Source: Pseudomonadota bacterium
GTDB lineage: Bacteria; Bdellovibrionota_C; UBA2361; OMII01
Direction of reading: 5' to 3'
DNA: 44,961 bases
NCBI GenBank assembly: GCA_900299035.1
Contig: OMIG01000272.1
Location: 1-44,961, forward strand
The notes under the pieces are model-generated. The model made no database searches. It was not told the origin of the DNA and was given only the letters and a program-made list of their open reading frames with translations. Every line of letters starts with the position of its first letter. Within the stretch, counting starts at the first letter, position 1. Made by a program: the position numbers and the translations under genes. Positions 35,003-43,827 of the stretch are shown here, piece after piece.

Positions 35003-35605
35003 TTAGTTGAGGGGCTTGGTCGGGCCTACAAGACACCAACGAATGAGCGGGTCTTGGTTTGAATTTGGCATGTCTGACAGCTTAGCAGTGATGCGGGTCA
35101 CCCTCGAGAAAAGAGCTGAGTAGCCGCTTGCTCCGAGGCAGTGGACTTCCGCAGGGTTGCCGTCACTCGTTGCCTGAATGATCTTTTGCACCTTGAAGAC
35201 GCTACACTTGTTGAGACCTAAGGTGTCCCGCTCGTAAGCCGTACAGTTGTTAACACCCTCGACTGGCCATCGGTCTCGGTTCAGCCAGTCGCGGACTACC
35301 ACACTGAAAACAGAGAGGTATTTACCGGAAAGGATGATCGCCGCGCGCTTGCCACACTCTTTTACTGACGGCCTGTACTGCACAAAATTGGATACATCCT
35401 TGGCGCAAACGCAGGGCTTGAAGAGCGAGCCGTTGCAGTAGCGGGTTCTCTGCCTGGCTGGGTCCTGCCTCTCCTCAAGGATCTCTTGAACCGTCCAAAC
35501 TCTCTCAGTCTCCTGAGCGTTAGTCGATGAAGGGCACGCGCACACGGAGATAGCCGCGGTTAGAGCGACCCCGAATTTCGCAAGATATTGGCTAATCAGC
35601 TTCAT
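35003..35605 (-). CDS. Secreted Cys-rich hypothetical protein
   Basis: Signal peptide MKLISQYLAKFGVALTAAISVCACPSSTNA. The mature part has 8 Cys and no recognisable motif. GC looks slightly lower than in its neighbours. Confidence 0.5.
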   Translation of the reverse strand: MKLISQYLAKFGVALTAAISVCACPSSTNAQETERVWTVQEILEERQDPARQRTRYCNGSLFKPCVCAKDVSNFVQYRPSVKECGKRAAIILSGKYLSVFSVVVRDWLNRDRWPVEGVNNCTAYERDTLGLNKCSVFKVQKIIQATSDGNPAEVHCLGASGYSALFSRVTRITAKLSDMPNSNQDPLIRWCLVGPTKPLN

Positions 35606-35711
35606 CGCATGGCCTCCACGTAGAGATCATTTACCCGGAGGGAAGCTACCAGTCAGGCTATAAAATTGGAAGCCTAGCAAGGCAAGAGCAGCGAGGAGTC
35701 ACAAAGGCTGT

Positions 35712-37190
35712 CTACTCTTCTTCCACGTCCTCTGATTCCGAATCAGAGGAGTCCTTTAGCAGCGCAAACCGCTCCATGCCGCGAGATTCGACCACCAGCA
35801 AGATGCCCTTCTTCGGGTCAGCTTTTTTGATGGCGTCCTTGAACTGCGCCATCGTCTCGACCTCGGTCTCGTCAATACTAACGAGCACGTCACCAGGCTG
35901 GAGATCCGCTTTGGCCCCCAGACCCTGGGGTTCAACCTCAGTAATGACTAATCCTTTGGAGCGCGAGGTCTTGAGCTTACGAGCGGTGCCCTCGTCGAAT
36001 TCCTCGAGCGTGATGCCGAGCTCATCGTTTTGGCCTGTTGGCGCTGATACAGGCTCATCCACCTGTGCCGGCAGCTCGCCGATCTCCACGTCAATCATCA
36101 TCTTCTTGCCGTCGCGAACCACGGTGAGCGGTATCTTTGTGCCGGGCTTAATTGCGGCCACTGAGTTGCGAAGCTGGTTGACGTTCTTAATCTTCTCCTT
36201 GCCCAAAGCGATGATCAGGTCTCCCTGCTTGAAGCCTGCCGACTTAGCCGGACCTTTAGGGTCAACGTGACCGACGAGAGCCCCTTCAGTGCCGTCGAAG
36301 TGGAGCCACGTGGCAAGGTCTTCAGTCAGATTTTGAATGCCGACACCAAGCCAGCCGCGGGTCACCTTGCCCTTGGTTATGAGGCTTTCCATAACTTGCC
36401 TCGCCATGTTGATCGGGATTGCGAATCCGATTCCCATGTAGCCGCCGGACTTGGAAACGATAGCCGTGTTTATTCCGACCACTTCGCCTTTTAGGTTGAC
36501 GAGCGGCCCGCCGCTGTTGCCAGGGTTGATGGCGGCGTCCGTCTGAATAAAGTCCTCGTATTGCCCGTTGCCGGAGATAGCGCGTCCCTTGGCTGAAACG
36601 ATGCCGGCCGTGATTGTATTGTCGAGGCCGAAGGACGCCCCAGCAGCTACTACCCACTCTCCGATTTTTAGCCGGTCCGAGTCTCCGAGCTTGGCGAATT
36701 TCGGCAGGTTTTCTTTGACGTTTATCTTGATCACAGCAAGGTCGGTGCGCGGGTCAACGCCGACAACCTTGGCCTTGGTTGTTTTCTCCGTGCTAAGGCG
36801 CACCGTCACCTCGTCTGCCTCGCCGATGACGTGGTTGTTAGTAAGTATATGGCCCTGATCGTCAACTATCACCCCGGTGCCGAGACCGCGCTGCGGGCTA
36901 GGCACCATCTTGTCCATGAAGTCTTCCCCAAGGAAATCCCGAAGGGCCTCCGGATTTTTTCCGTTCTTGCCCTTCTTCGGCTTGGTTTCCGTTGAAATCG
37001 TGACCACTGACGGCGTGATAGTTTCCGCCACGTGCTCGAAAGCTTCTGATAGCTCCTGAGCAAGCTGTGAGCCGGGCAGGGTGGGTGCCTCCTCTGACAG
37101 AGCAGTCGAGTGTGTGAAGAATATCGCTGTGAAGGGAAGGAAGACGCGGGACAGCGGGAGGATAACAGGCCGAGGACGGGAGATAAGCAT
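35712..37190 (-). CDS. degP: Periplasmic serine endoprotease DegP/DegQ/HtrA with two PDZ domains and acidic tail
   Basis: Catalytic triad contexts TNNHV, DLAVIKI, GNSGGPLVN. Two PDZ-like segments. C-terminal DSSDSESEDVEEE. Confidence 0.9.
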   Translation of the reverse strand: MLISRPRPVILPLSRVFLPFTAIFFTHSTALSEEAPTLPGSQLAQELSEAFEHVAETITPSVVTISTETKPKKGKNGKNPEALRDFLGEDFMDKMVPSPQRGLGTGVIVDDQGHILTNNHVIGEADEVTVRLSTEKTTKAKVVGVDPRTDLAVIKINVKENLPKFAKLGDSDRLKIGEWVVAAGASFGLDNTITAGIVSAKGRAISGNGQYEDFIQTDAAINPGNSGGPLVNLKGEVVGINTAIVSKSGGYMGIGFAIPINMARQVMESLITKGKVTRGWLGVGIQNLTEDLATWLHFDGTEGALVGHVDPKGPAKSAGFKQGDLIIALGKEKIKNVNQLRNSVAAIKPGTKIPLTVVRDGKKMMIDVEIGELPAQVDEPVSAPTGQNDELGITLEEFDEGTARKLKTSRSKGLVITEVEPQGLGAKADLQPGDVLVSIDETEVETMAQFKDAIKKADPKKGILLVVESRGMERFALLKDSSDSESEDVEEE

Positions 37191-37283
37191 ACGACAATCT
37201 TCTTAAAAAGAGCTTTTCGTGCAAGGTTGGTGTAGCACGAAAGACGGGGTGCCGAAAGAATTATTCAGGGAAACACGAGGCTT

Positions 37284-37964
37284 ATGGCACTGCGCATACT
37301 ATACCTCCACGGACTTGGAGGCTCGCCGAGATCATCAAAGGGCCTGTTGGTGGCGGCGCACTTCAAACGGCGAGGCATTGAAACGGAGCTGCCGGCTCTG
37401 GCAATTCCCTCCCTGCAAGAGCTCTCGCCCCTTTCAATCGTCCAGTTCGTCACTGATGACCTTGCTCGGATGACGAAATGCGGACCGGTTGCGCTGGTCG
37501 GCAGCAGCTTCGGCGCGTTCGTGGCGATGCACGCCTTAACACGGGCCTCTGAGCCGAGCCTTTCTCAGGTGCAGGCTGTGGCGCTCTTGGCTCCTGTATT
37601 CGACCCGTGGGATGAGGGGAGCACTATGCTCTCGCCTGAAATTGAACGGCGTTGGAAGCTCGATGGCAGTTATCCGATCCTGGATCTTGAGAATCAAAGG
37701 CCAGTTCCGATTCACTACCGTTTTGTCGAGGAGTTGCAAGAGCTCTCTGTGGCGCAGACACCTTCTGCGAAGCCGACACTAATCATCCACGGACGGAGAG
37801 ACACCACCGTTAGTCCGGCGCAGAGCGAGCGCGCCGTCAAAGGCAAATCAAACGTGCAGCTAGAGGTGCTCGATGATGACCATCGGCTTCTGGCACAGCC
37901 TGAGAGGCTTATGGGGCTGCTGGAGGACTTTATTCTTAAGCGCGCCTCATCCCCTCCCGAGTGA
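37284..37964 (+). CDS. Alpha/beta hydrolase, YqiA (UPF0227)-like esterase
   Basis: ILYLHGLGGSPRSSKG N-terminus like E. coli YqiA, nucleophile elbow GSSFG, C-terminal HR (DDDHRL). Confidence 0.65.
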   Translation: MALRILYLHGLGGSPRSSKGLLVAAHFKRRGIETELPALAIPSLQELSPLSIVQFVTDDLARMTKCGPVALVGSSFGAFVAMHALTRASEPSLSQVQAVALLAPVFDPWDEGSTMLSPEIERRWKLDGSYPILDLENQRPVPIHYRFVEELQELSVAQTPSAKPTLIIHGRRDTTVSPAQSERAVKGKSNVQLEVLDDDHRLLAQPERLMGLLEDFILKRASSPPE

Positions 37965-38131
37965 GGAGCCGTTGCCTAAGGCCAGCCTTGGTAGGGGGTC
38001 AGAGGTGTGGGGCTGAGCCACCTGGACATTTCGCGACTTCCGCGGCTTTAGCGTCGGGTGACAGCATTTTAGCCTGCCAGCAGCTTTAATTTGCTCTTCC
38101 GCGACTTGCTCGCCGTGAGATAATCAGGGGC

Positions 38132-39604
38132 ATGCCCCTGATTCCCCGCAAACGACTCGTCTTGTACCTGCTTGCGATAGTCTTGCTTGGCTACGCGCTT
38201 GCTGCAGCGAGCTTTAGGACGAGCTCGCCAAGATTGCCGAGCGCGGGGGATGTCGTAGGACAAGACTCGGTCAGTCAGCTCGACCCAGCGGACCAGTTGC
38301 CCGAACGAGGTGAACCGACAGGGCAGAAGAGCAGGACTGCAAAGGGGCCCAAAGAGGCCAAGGACGAGCTCTTGGCGCTCAATGCTCTTAGTTCAGAAGA
38401 TGAACCTGCGCAGCCGGACGATGGCCTCAAGGCTTCCGCCGCAACGCCCGCGCCGCCAACGCCCGCTGTCCCAACTGCCACGCCTGATAGTGGGATGATT
38501 GGCGGGGCCCGCGATGATGACGATGCGCGAGACGCATTCTCGCAGCTGCCGCAGGATGAGCCCTTTGGGACAGGAGACCAGTTTATCGGCGGCGGCCGGT
38601 CTTCTGCGGGTGGCATAGCTGGGCTGCCTCCCGCTCAACAGCAGCCAGGAGGATCTTCCGGGGGCGCTTGGGTTTCCGGCCAAGCGCGGGGATACGCGAT
38701 GCTCTACGCCATGCAGCCGCAGGCACGGGCGGTTGTCGAGAGCAACGTCGCGACGCTTCTCTCCGCGCAGGTGCGCGAGCCCTACATCGGTGTGCTGATT
38801 GACGGCACCTTTGGCCTCGACCTGGAGTACTTAAAGTCGATTATCGCGCGGCTCTCTGTTGACCGAAATTTAACGCTGGAACTCTACCTCACAAATGGCG
38901 CCACTCAGCGAAACTACGAAGGTACGCCGATTCGCGCCCCTTTTGTTAACCTGAATCCGGCAGTGTTCCGCGCGAAGATTAAGTTTGACCCGGCCATGCA
39001 GGGAGAGTTCTCGGCGATCGCAGCGCGGGCGCGAGACATCTTCGAGTTCAGTGCGCAGCGCAATTCTGGAAACCAGCACCTTGTGACCGTGATGCTTGAA
39101 GACAACCTCGACGTCTCTGCCTACCGCAAAATGCGTGAGCTAGCAGCTCAGCAGCTGGATGGCTCCGCAACTTTCATTCGGAGCCCATGCCCGAGTTGTA
39201 TTGCTGGCGATCGCGAGAGCGACGCGGATACGGCAGGAGATGCACGCGAAGAGCATGGCCGGGCTCTCTTTGGGGAGCTCCGAAGAGGGGACGGCTTCAC
39301 GCTCGATGGCACTGGCTTCCGCTACCCGGGAGATTCGTCTACCCTTGGAATCTCGCCGGACGAGATCAAGGCTCTCATTACAGCGGGCAACGACAAGGGG
39401 CTTAGGTACTTTGGGCTGTGGCGCCATGCATGGCAGGGGGCAAAACAGAATTCTCGAGACAATCCGCATCCTGACCGGCGCACCTACGTTGCGTCATTGC
39501 CCGAACAGGAGGCGTTTGAGATTGAGCTGCTGAGGCTTGGGTTGGCAGCGGAGCCGACTGAAGACTCGGAGGAGAGCACGCTCTTAATGGGGACGAATCC
39601 GTAG
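38132..39604 (+). CDS. Membrane-anchored hypothetical protein with disordered acidic/Pro-rich linker and ~300-aa globular C-terminal domain
   Basis: N-terminal TM LVLYLLAIVLLGYALAAA. The linker is rich in P/A/D/G. The C-terminal region has alternating beta/alpha-like segments (YIGVLIDG, LTLELYLTNG, HLVTVMLEDNLD, RYFGLWRHAWQG) suggestive of a TIM-barrel-like fold. No family is recognised. Confidence 0.5.
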   Translation: MPLIPRKRLVLYLLAIVLLGYALAAASFRTSSPRLPSAGDVVGQDSVSQLDPADQLPERGEPTGQKSRTAKGPKEAKDELLALNALSSEDEPAQPDDGLKASAATPAPPTPAVPTATPDSGMIGGARDDDDARDAFSQLPQDEPFGTGDQFIGGGRSSAGGIAGLPPAQQQPGGSSGGAWVSGQARGYAMLYAMQPQARAVVESNVATLLSAQVREPYIGVLIDGTFGLDLEYLKSIIARLSVDRNLTLELYLTNGATQRNYEGTPIRAPFVNLNPAVFRAKIKFDPAMQGEFSAIAARARDIFEFSAQRNSGNQHLVTVMLEDNLDVSAYRKMRELAAQQLDGSATFIRSPCPSCIAGDRESDADTAGDAREEHGRALFGELRRGDGFTLDGTGFRYPGDSSTLGISPDEIKALITAGNDKGLRYFGLWRHAWQGAKQNSRDNPHPDRRTYVASLPEQEAFEIELLRLGLAAEPTEDSEESTLLMGTNP

Positions 39605-39623
39605 GGCGGAGGACAGGATTTTC

Positions 39624-40106
39624 ATGGGTCATAAGAATTTCGACGAGCTGCTGGGACGGCTCAAAGAATTGGTGGTTTCGAGCTCAGAGGAGATATTTCC
39701 GCTCGAAGCTGCGCTCCGTCAGGCTAATTCGTTGCGCTCGGAAGTGTCGTCGCTTGTAGCAGCCCTTGGGGTGCCAGCTTCGAAGGCCGAGCTGGCGACG
39801 AACCTGCTGGTTGCCTTGAACAGCACATCTGCGGGCGCGGCAATTGCAGTCAAACGCGTTGCAGCTCGAGGTGACGACGCAGCAGGGATTAGCTCGGCCC
39901 TGGTCGATCTGTGGGGACAGTCAGAAGCCGCTAGGGCGCTCTGGTTCGACGCTTTTGTGCGCTTTCAGGCCGATGCAGATGCTGGTCGCGAGCCGGCCCT
40001 GCGAGAAACAATTCGTCAGCTCGGGCCTCAGGCGGTAGCTATAGCGACCCAACTTCGAAGTCCAGTGTCGCAATATGTTGATTTTGTTTCACAAGTTGTG
40101 GCTTAG
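39624..40106 (+). CDS. Hypothetical all-helical protein
   Basis: 160-aa ORF starting 19 nt after the preceding gene, on the same strand. Ala/Leu-rich helices. No motif recognised. Confidence 0.45.
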   Translation: MGHKNFDELLGRLKELVVSSSEEIFPLEAALRQANSLRSEVSSLVAALGVPASKAELATNLLVALNSTSAGAAIAVKRVAARGDDAAGISSALVDLWGQSEAARALWFDAFVRFQADADAGREPALRETIRQLGPQAVAIATQLRSPVSQYVDFVSQVVA

Positions 40107-40288
40107 GGGGCTCTTCAACGGGCTAATCTCCTGAGATCCCGCGGGCTTGACCGACTCTCCCGTTGTGGTACCCTCTGCCGCTCCCTTGGCTAGAGGTAGG
40201 CGAGCCTGTCTGTCGGTCTTAGGGGACTGTCGCACGTTTAGTGTGGACGCGCGTGTTCGCGCGGGGATTAAGAGTTAGAGAAGTTGTT

Positions 40289-40744
40289 ATGAGCACTGAT
40301 TTTGTTTCAGCTGAGGCAGCTCGCGAGGGCGCAAAGTGGTGGGTAATTGATGCAGCAGGCGTGCCAGTTGGTCGTCTTGCAACAGAGGCTGCGCACCTGA
40401 TCCGCGGCAAGCATAAGCCCACCTTCACCCCGAACGTCGATGGGGGAGACTTCGTTGTCGTCCTCAACGCGGAGAAGGTTGTCCTTACGGGCAACAAGGG
40501 AGAGACGAAGGTATACCGTCACTACACGGGTTACCCTGGCGGACTCAAAGAGATCCCGGGCGCGAAGATGCTCGAGAACAAGTCAGAGGCGGCAATCGAG
40601 CGCGCGGTTCGTGGCATGTTGCCAGAAGGCGTCCTTGGACACCGTCTGCTCGGCAAGTTAAAGGTCTACAAGGGCAGCGAGCATCCGCATGCGGCGCAGT
40701 CGCCTGAGGCTTTCACAGTTAGTTTTCAGCGCAATAAGAAGTAA
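40289..40744 (+). CDS. rplM: 50S ribosomal protein L13
   Basis: WWVIDAAGVPVGRLATEAAHLIRGKHKPTFTPNVDGGDFVVVLNAEKV...YRHYTGYPGGLK. Start ATG 40289 (the track ORF starts at 40241). Confidence 0.95.
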   Translation: MSTDFVSAEAAREGAKWWVIDAAGVPVGRLATEAAHLIRGKHKPTFTPNVDGGDFVVVLNAEKVVLTGNKGETKVYRHYTGYPGGLKEIPGAKMLENKSEAAIERAVRGMLPEGVLGHRLLGKLKVYKGSEHPHAAQSPEAFTVSFQRNKK

Positions 40745-40753
40745 GGAGCGACA

Positions 40754-41149
40754 ATGATCAAGGGTGGTGGATTTCACGCAATCGGACGCCGCAAGAGCGC
40801 GGTAGCTCGTGTGTACCTGAGGCCGGGTTCGGGCAAGTTCCTCGTGAATGGGCACGAGACGAAGGAGTACTTCGGTCGCGCCGTTTTGGACATCCTTCTC
40901 CGTGAGCCGATCGTTAAGACCGCGTCATCCGAGAAGTTCGACATACTCGCTAACGTCATGGGCGGCGGAAAGGCTGGCCAGGCTGGCGCGCTTCGCATGG
41001 CCCTCGGTCGTGCGCTGGTCCAGGCTGATGCCGGACTGCGTCCTCCCCTCAAGGCTGCTGGCGTGCTCACGCGCGACGCTCGCGAGGTTGAGCGCAAGAA
41101 GTACGGCCGTCACAAAGCTCGTAAGCGTCCTCAGTTCTCGAAGCGTTAG
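40754..41149 (+). CDS. rpsI: 30S ribosomal protein S9
   Basis: GRRKSAVARVYL, GGGKAGQAGALRMALGRAL, C-terminal ERKKYGRHKARKRPQFSKR. Confidence 0.95.
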   Translation: MIKGGGFHAIGRRKSAVARVYLRPGSGKFLVNGHETKEYFGRAVLDILLREPIVKTASSEKFDILANVMGGGKAGQAGALRMALGRALVQADAGLRPPLKAAGVLTRDAREVERKKYGRHKARKRPQFSKR

Positions 41150-41182
41150 TTCGTTCGAGTCATCTGTTGGATGGCGACAAAG

Positions 41183-41218
41183 GGGCCTGGCAGCGTGTGC
41201 TGCTGGGCCCTTTTTTTT
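41183..41218 (+). terminator. Rho-independent terminator of rplM-rpsI
   Basis: 12-bp stem (41183-41194 / 41199-41210, including two G-U pairs), GTGT loop, followed by T8 (41211-41218). Confidence 0.85.
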
Positions 41219-41380
41219 GGATCGTGCGCGTCTCTTTCTCTCCACGCGCTGCACCTCCAGCACGCCCCTGCTGCGTCTCGTGCCTTACAGGCGCAACCCC
41301 TTAAGGCATCCAAGGTGTGGCGCCGCGGGATTGAGGAGCGTCTCAGTGATTAGGTCGTGAGGGGGCAGGGGCCGCGCGCT

Positions 41381-42214
41381 TTAGAAAAGCGACGACGCTG
41401 CCTTGTAGCGCCCGAGAACTCGGCAAGAGGCAGCGCTGTTGCTGACGGCCTCGATGCACCGCGAAACGCAGCCTTGGCTCTCCTGGGAGGCCTGAATGTC
41501 GATGTAGAAGGCATACTCAAATGGCTTCCCGGGCATCGGCCGGGACTCAATCTTTGTGATATTCCCGCCCTGTTCCGCCACTGCCGCCAGGATTCTAGCC
41601 AAGCTTCCCGGCTTATGGGGCAGCGTGAAAAGTAGGGAGCATTTGTTTGCCGCGGTGTCTTGAGTTTCGCTGGCGCTAATCGCGACGAAGCGAGTTGCGT
41701 TAAGGGCGTGGTTCTGGATATTGCGAGCAATAACCTGAAGGCCCAACCGCTTGGCCGCCTCGTCGCTTGCAATTGCCGCCAACGCAGGGTCTCCACGCTG
41801 GAGAACCTCAAGCGCTGCTCCCGCGGTGTCGCTGCTAACTACTTGCGAAATTGAGGGGCGCTCCTCAAGGAACTTTGAGCACTGTTCGAGCGCCTTGGGG
41901 TGAGAGAGCACCTGACGAATGTGGCTTGCCTCTGCTCCGGGCAGAGACACCAGGTGCAGCTCCACGGGCAGGTACGCCTCGGCAACAATGGAGACAGGAA
42001 ACTCGCCTAGCAGGTCGTAGTTTTCGTGAACTGAGCCCGCAAGCGCATTTTCAAGAGGGACAACGCCAGCATCTGTACCACCGGCGACAACGTGCGCGAA
42101 GATGTCGCGAAAGCGGGCTGTTTGGATGGGCTCAAGGCCAGGGCCGAACAGCGCGGCGGCAGCCATGCTGCTGAAAGAACCCTGAATCCCCTGATAGGCT
42201 ACCCTCTTTGTCAT
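41381..42214 (-). CDS. pheA: Prephenate dehydratase (PDT domain plus ACT domain)
   Basis: VAYQGIQGSFS, NATRFV (TRF motif), ITKIESRP (ESRP motif in ACT domain). Confidence 0.9.
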   Translation of the reverse strand: MTKRVAYQGIQGSFSSMAAAALFGPGLEPIQTARFRDIFAHVVAGGTDAGVVPLENALAGSVHENYDLLGEFPVSIVAEAYLPVELHLVSLPGAEASHIRQVLSHPKALEQCSKFLEERPSISQVVSSDTAGAALEVLQRGDPALAAIASDEAAKRLGLQVIARNIQNHALNATRFVAISASETQDTAANKCSLLFTLPHKPGSLARILAAVAEQGGNITKIESRPMPGKPFEYAFYIDIQASQESQGCVSRCIEAVSNSAASCRVLGRYKAASSLF

Positions 42215-42242
42215 ACTTGGGTGATACTACCGGAATCGAATT

Positions 42243-43028
42243 ATGGAAACCATTGTGGTGATACCGGCCCGGTACGGGTCGTCTCGATTCCCTGGCAAGC
42301 CGCTTGCGTTGATCGCCGGCCGAAGCCTGCTCGAGCGGGTCTGGCGCATCGCCAAGGCTGTGCCTGGAGTGTCTCAGGTATGCGTTGCAACCGACGACGA
42401 GAGGATAGCGAATCACGTTAGTTCCTTCGGCGGTACGGCGATTATGACCTCGCAAGCCTGCACGAACGGCTCTGAGCGAGTCTACGAGGCCATGACGCTG
42501 CTAAAAGGCTCTCCGTCGATCGTCGTTAACCTGCAGGGCGACGCTGTCCTGATGCCCCCTTGGGTTGTTGGCGCTCTGGTCGAGGAGATGCAGCGAGACT
42601 CATCGGTTCAGATCGCCACTCCAGCAGCCCGGCTCTCTCAAGAACAGTACGAGAGCATGCTTCGCTCGAAAGAGCGGGGCATCGTTTCTGGCACAACGGT
42701 CACCTTTGATGGCACTCGCAATGCCCTGTACTTCTCGAAGGGAATTATACCCTTCGTGCGCACCGCCCCGGCGGGAGCTGAGAGTCCGGTCTATCAGCAC
42801 ATCGGGGTGTACGCCTACCGCACCGAGGCGCTCAAAAAGTACATCTCCCTCCCGGTTGGCCAATTTGAGGCGGTGGAGCAGCTTGAGCAGCTTCGGGCGC
42901 TTGAGAATGGAATTCCCATCCGGGTCGTTCAGGTTTCTCTGCGCGGACGCACCATGTGGTCGGTTGATAATCCAGAAGATGTTCCTCGCTGCGAGGAGAT
43001 TATCGGCCAGGAAGGGGAGCTGGCATGA
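42243..43028 (+). CDS. kdsB: 3-deoxy-manno-octulosonate cytidylyltransferase (CMP-Kdo synthetase)
   Basis: VVIPARYGSSRFPGKPLALIAG, NLQGDAVLM, EQLEQLRALENG. Confidence 0.95.
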   Translation: METIVVIPARYGSSRFPGKPLALIAGRSLLERVWRIAKAVPGVSQVCVATDDERIANHVSSFGGTAIMTSQACTNGSERVYEAMTLLKGSPSIVVNLQGDAVLMPPWVVGALVEEMQRDSSVQIATPAARLSQEQYESMLRSKERGIVSGTTVTFDGTRNALYFSKGIIPFVRTAPAGAESPVYQHIGVYAYRTEALKKYISLPVGQFEAVEQLEQLRALENGIPIRVVQVSLRGRTMWSVDNPEDVPRCEEIIGQEGELA

Positions 43029-43684
43029 GCGCCGTTGTTGTCTTGTGTCGCCACGGCAACACCTTCAATAAAGGCGAACGGGTCTTCTGGGTAGGTAGCC
43101 GCGAGGATCTTCCGCTGACCGCAGAGGGGCTCTTGCAGTCTCAGGCGGTGGCAGCGGCGCTAGAGCAATCTGGAGTGAAGGTGGCGCGCGTCCTGTGCGG
43201 ACCGCTCCACAGGACGAAAACCTTCGCTGAGCAGATCTGCCAGAAGCTGTTTCCGGGAGAGTCCCCCGTGATCGATCAGAGGCTAACAGAGCTCGATTAC
43301 GGCCCCTGGAGCGGCCTGACTGACGCAGAAATTGAGGCGCAGTATGGCGCTAGTGCTCTGCAGGGGTGGCGTGACCGCGGGGTGCGTCCCTCCGAGGTTT
43401 CGTTTCTGCCACCTGAAGATGTTGTTCGGGACGAGTTGGTGAATCTGCTCGAGGAGCTTCGGCAACAAGGAGGGGTCTCTGTGGCCATAACCAGCAATGG
43501 GCGGCTCAAAGAGCTTAGCAGCCTGCTCCGGGAGCGCTCGGGAGTTTCCCTCGCATCTTCGTCTGTCAGCACCGGCTCGACTTGTATTCTAGTTCATTCG
43601 GTTGCGGGTTGGCACATCAGTGGGTGGAACCTTAAGGCCGTAGAGCTTGCCCCGCTACTACGGGCCGCCGCCACTCGGTCGTGA
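43025..43684 (+). CDS. Histidine phosphatase (phosphoglycerate-mutase-like) family protein
   Basis: RHG motif (VVLCRHGNT), LTAEGLLQ, LCGPLHRT. ATGA start/stop overlap with kdsB. Confidence 0.75.
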   Translation: MSAVVVLCRHGNTFNKGERVFWVGSREDLPLTAEGLLQSQAVAAALEQSGVKVARVLCGPLHRTKTFAEQICQKLFPGESPVIDQRLTELDYGPWSGLTDAEIEAQYGASALQGWRDRGVRPSEVSFLPPEDVVRDELVNLLEELRQQGGVSVAITSNGRLKELSSLLRERSGVSLASSSVSTGSTCILVHSVAGWHISGWNLKAVELAPLLRAAATRS

Positions 43685-43740
43685 TAGAAGTCCCTCGTTT
43701 TACCTGAGAAGCTCGCCTTAATCGGGGTTGTAATCTGCAG

Positions 43741-43802
43741 AAAAAAGCATCGGCTTCGGTGCGAGCCTGATGGTTCGCAGGATCGCATTCCGAAACCGAT
43801 GC
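43741..43802 (-). terminator. Long imperfect hairpin between convergent genes; likely terminator for the minus-strand gene 43828-44610
   Basis: gcatcggcttcgg (43747-43759) pairs with ccgaaaccgatgc (43790-43802), 13 bp with one mismatch, and has a nested TGCGA/TCGCA stem. In the minus orientation it is followed by TTTTTT (complement of 43741-43746). Confidence 0.5.
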
Positions 43803-43827
43803 CCCGAAAATTCTTGTCGTAGGCGCA

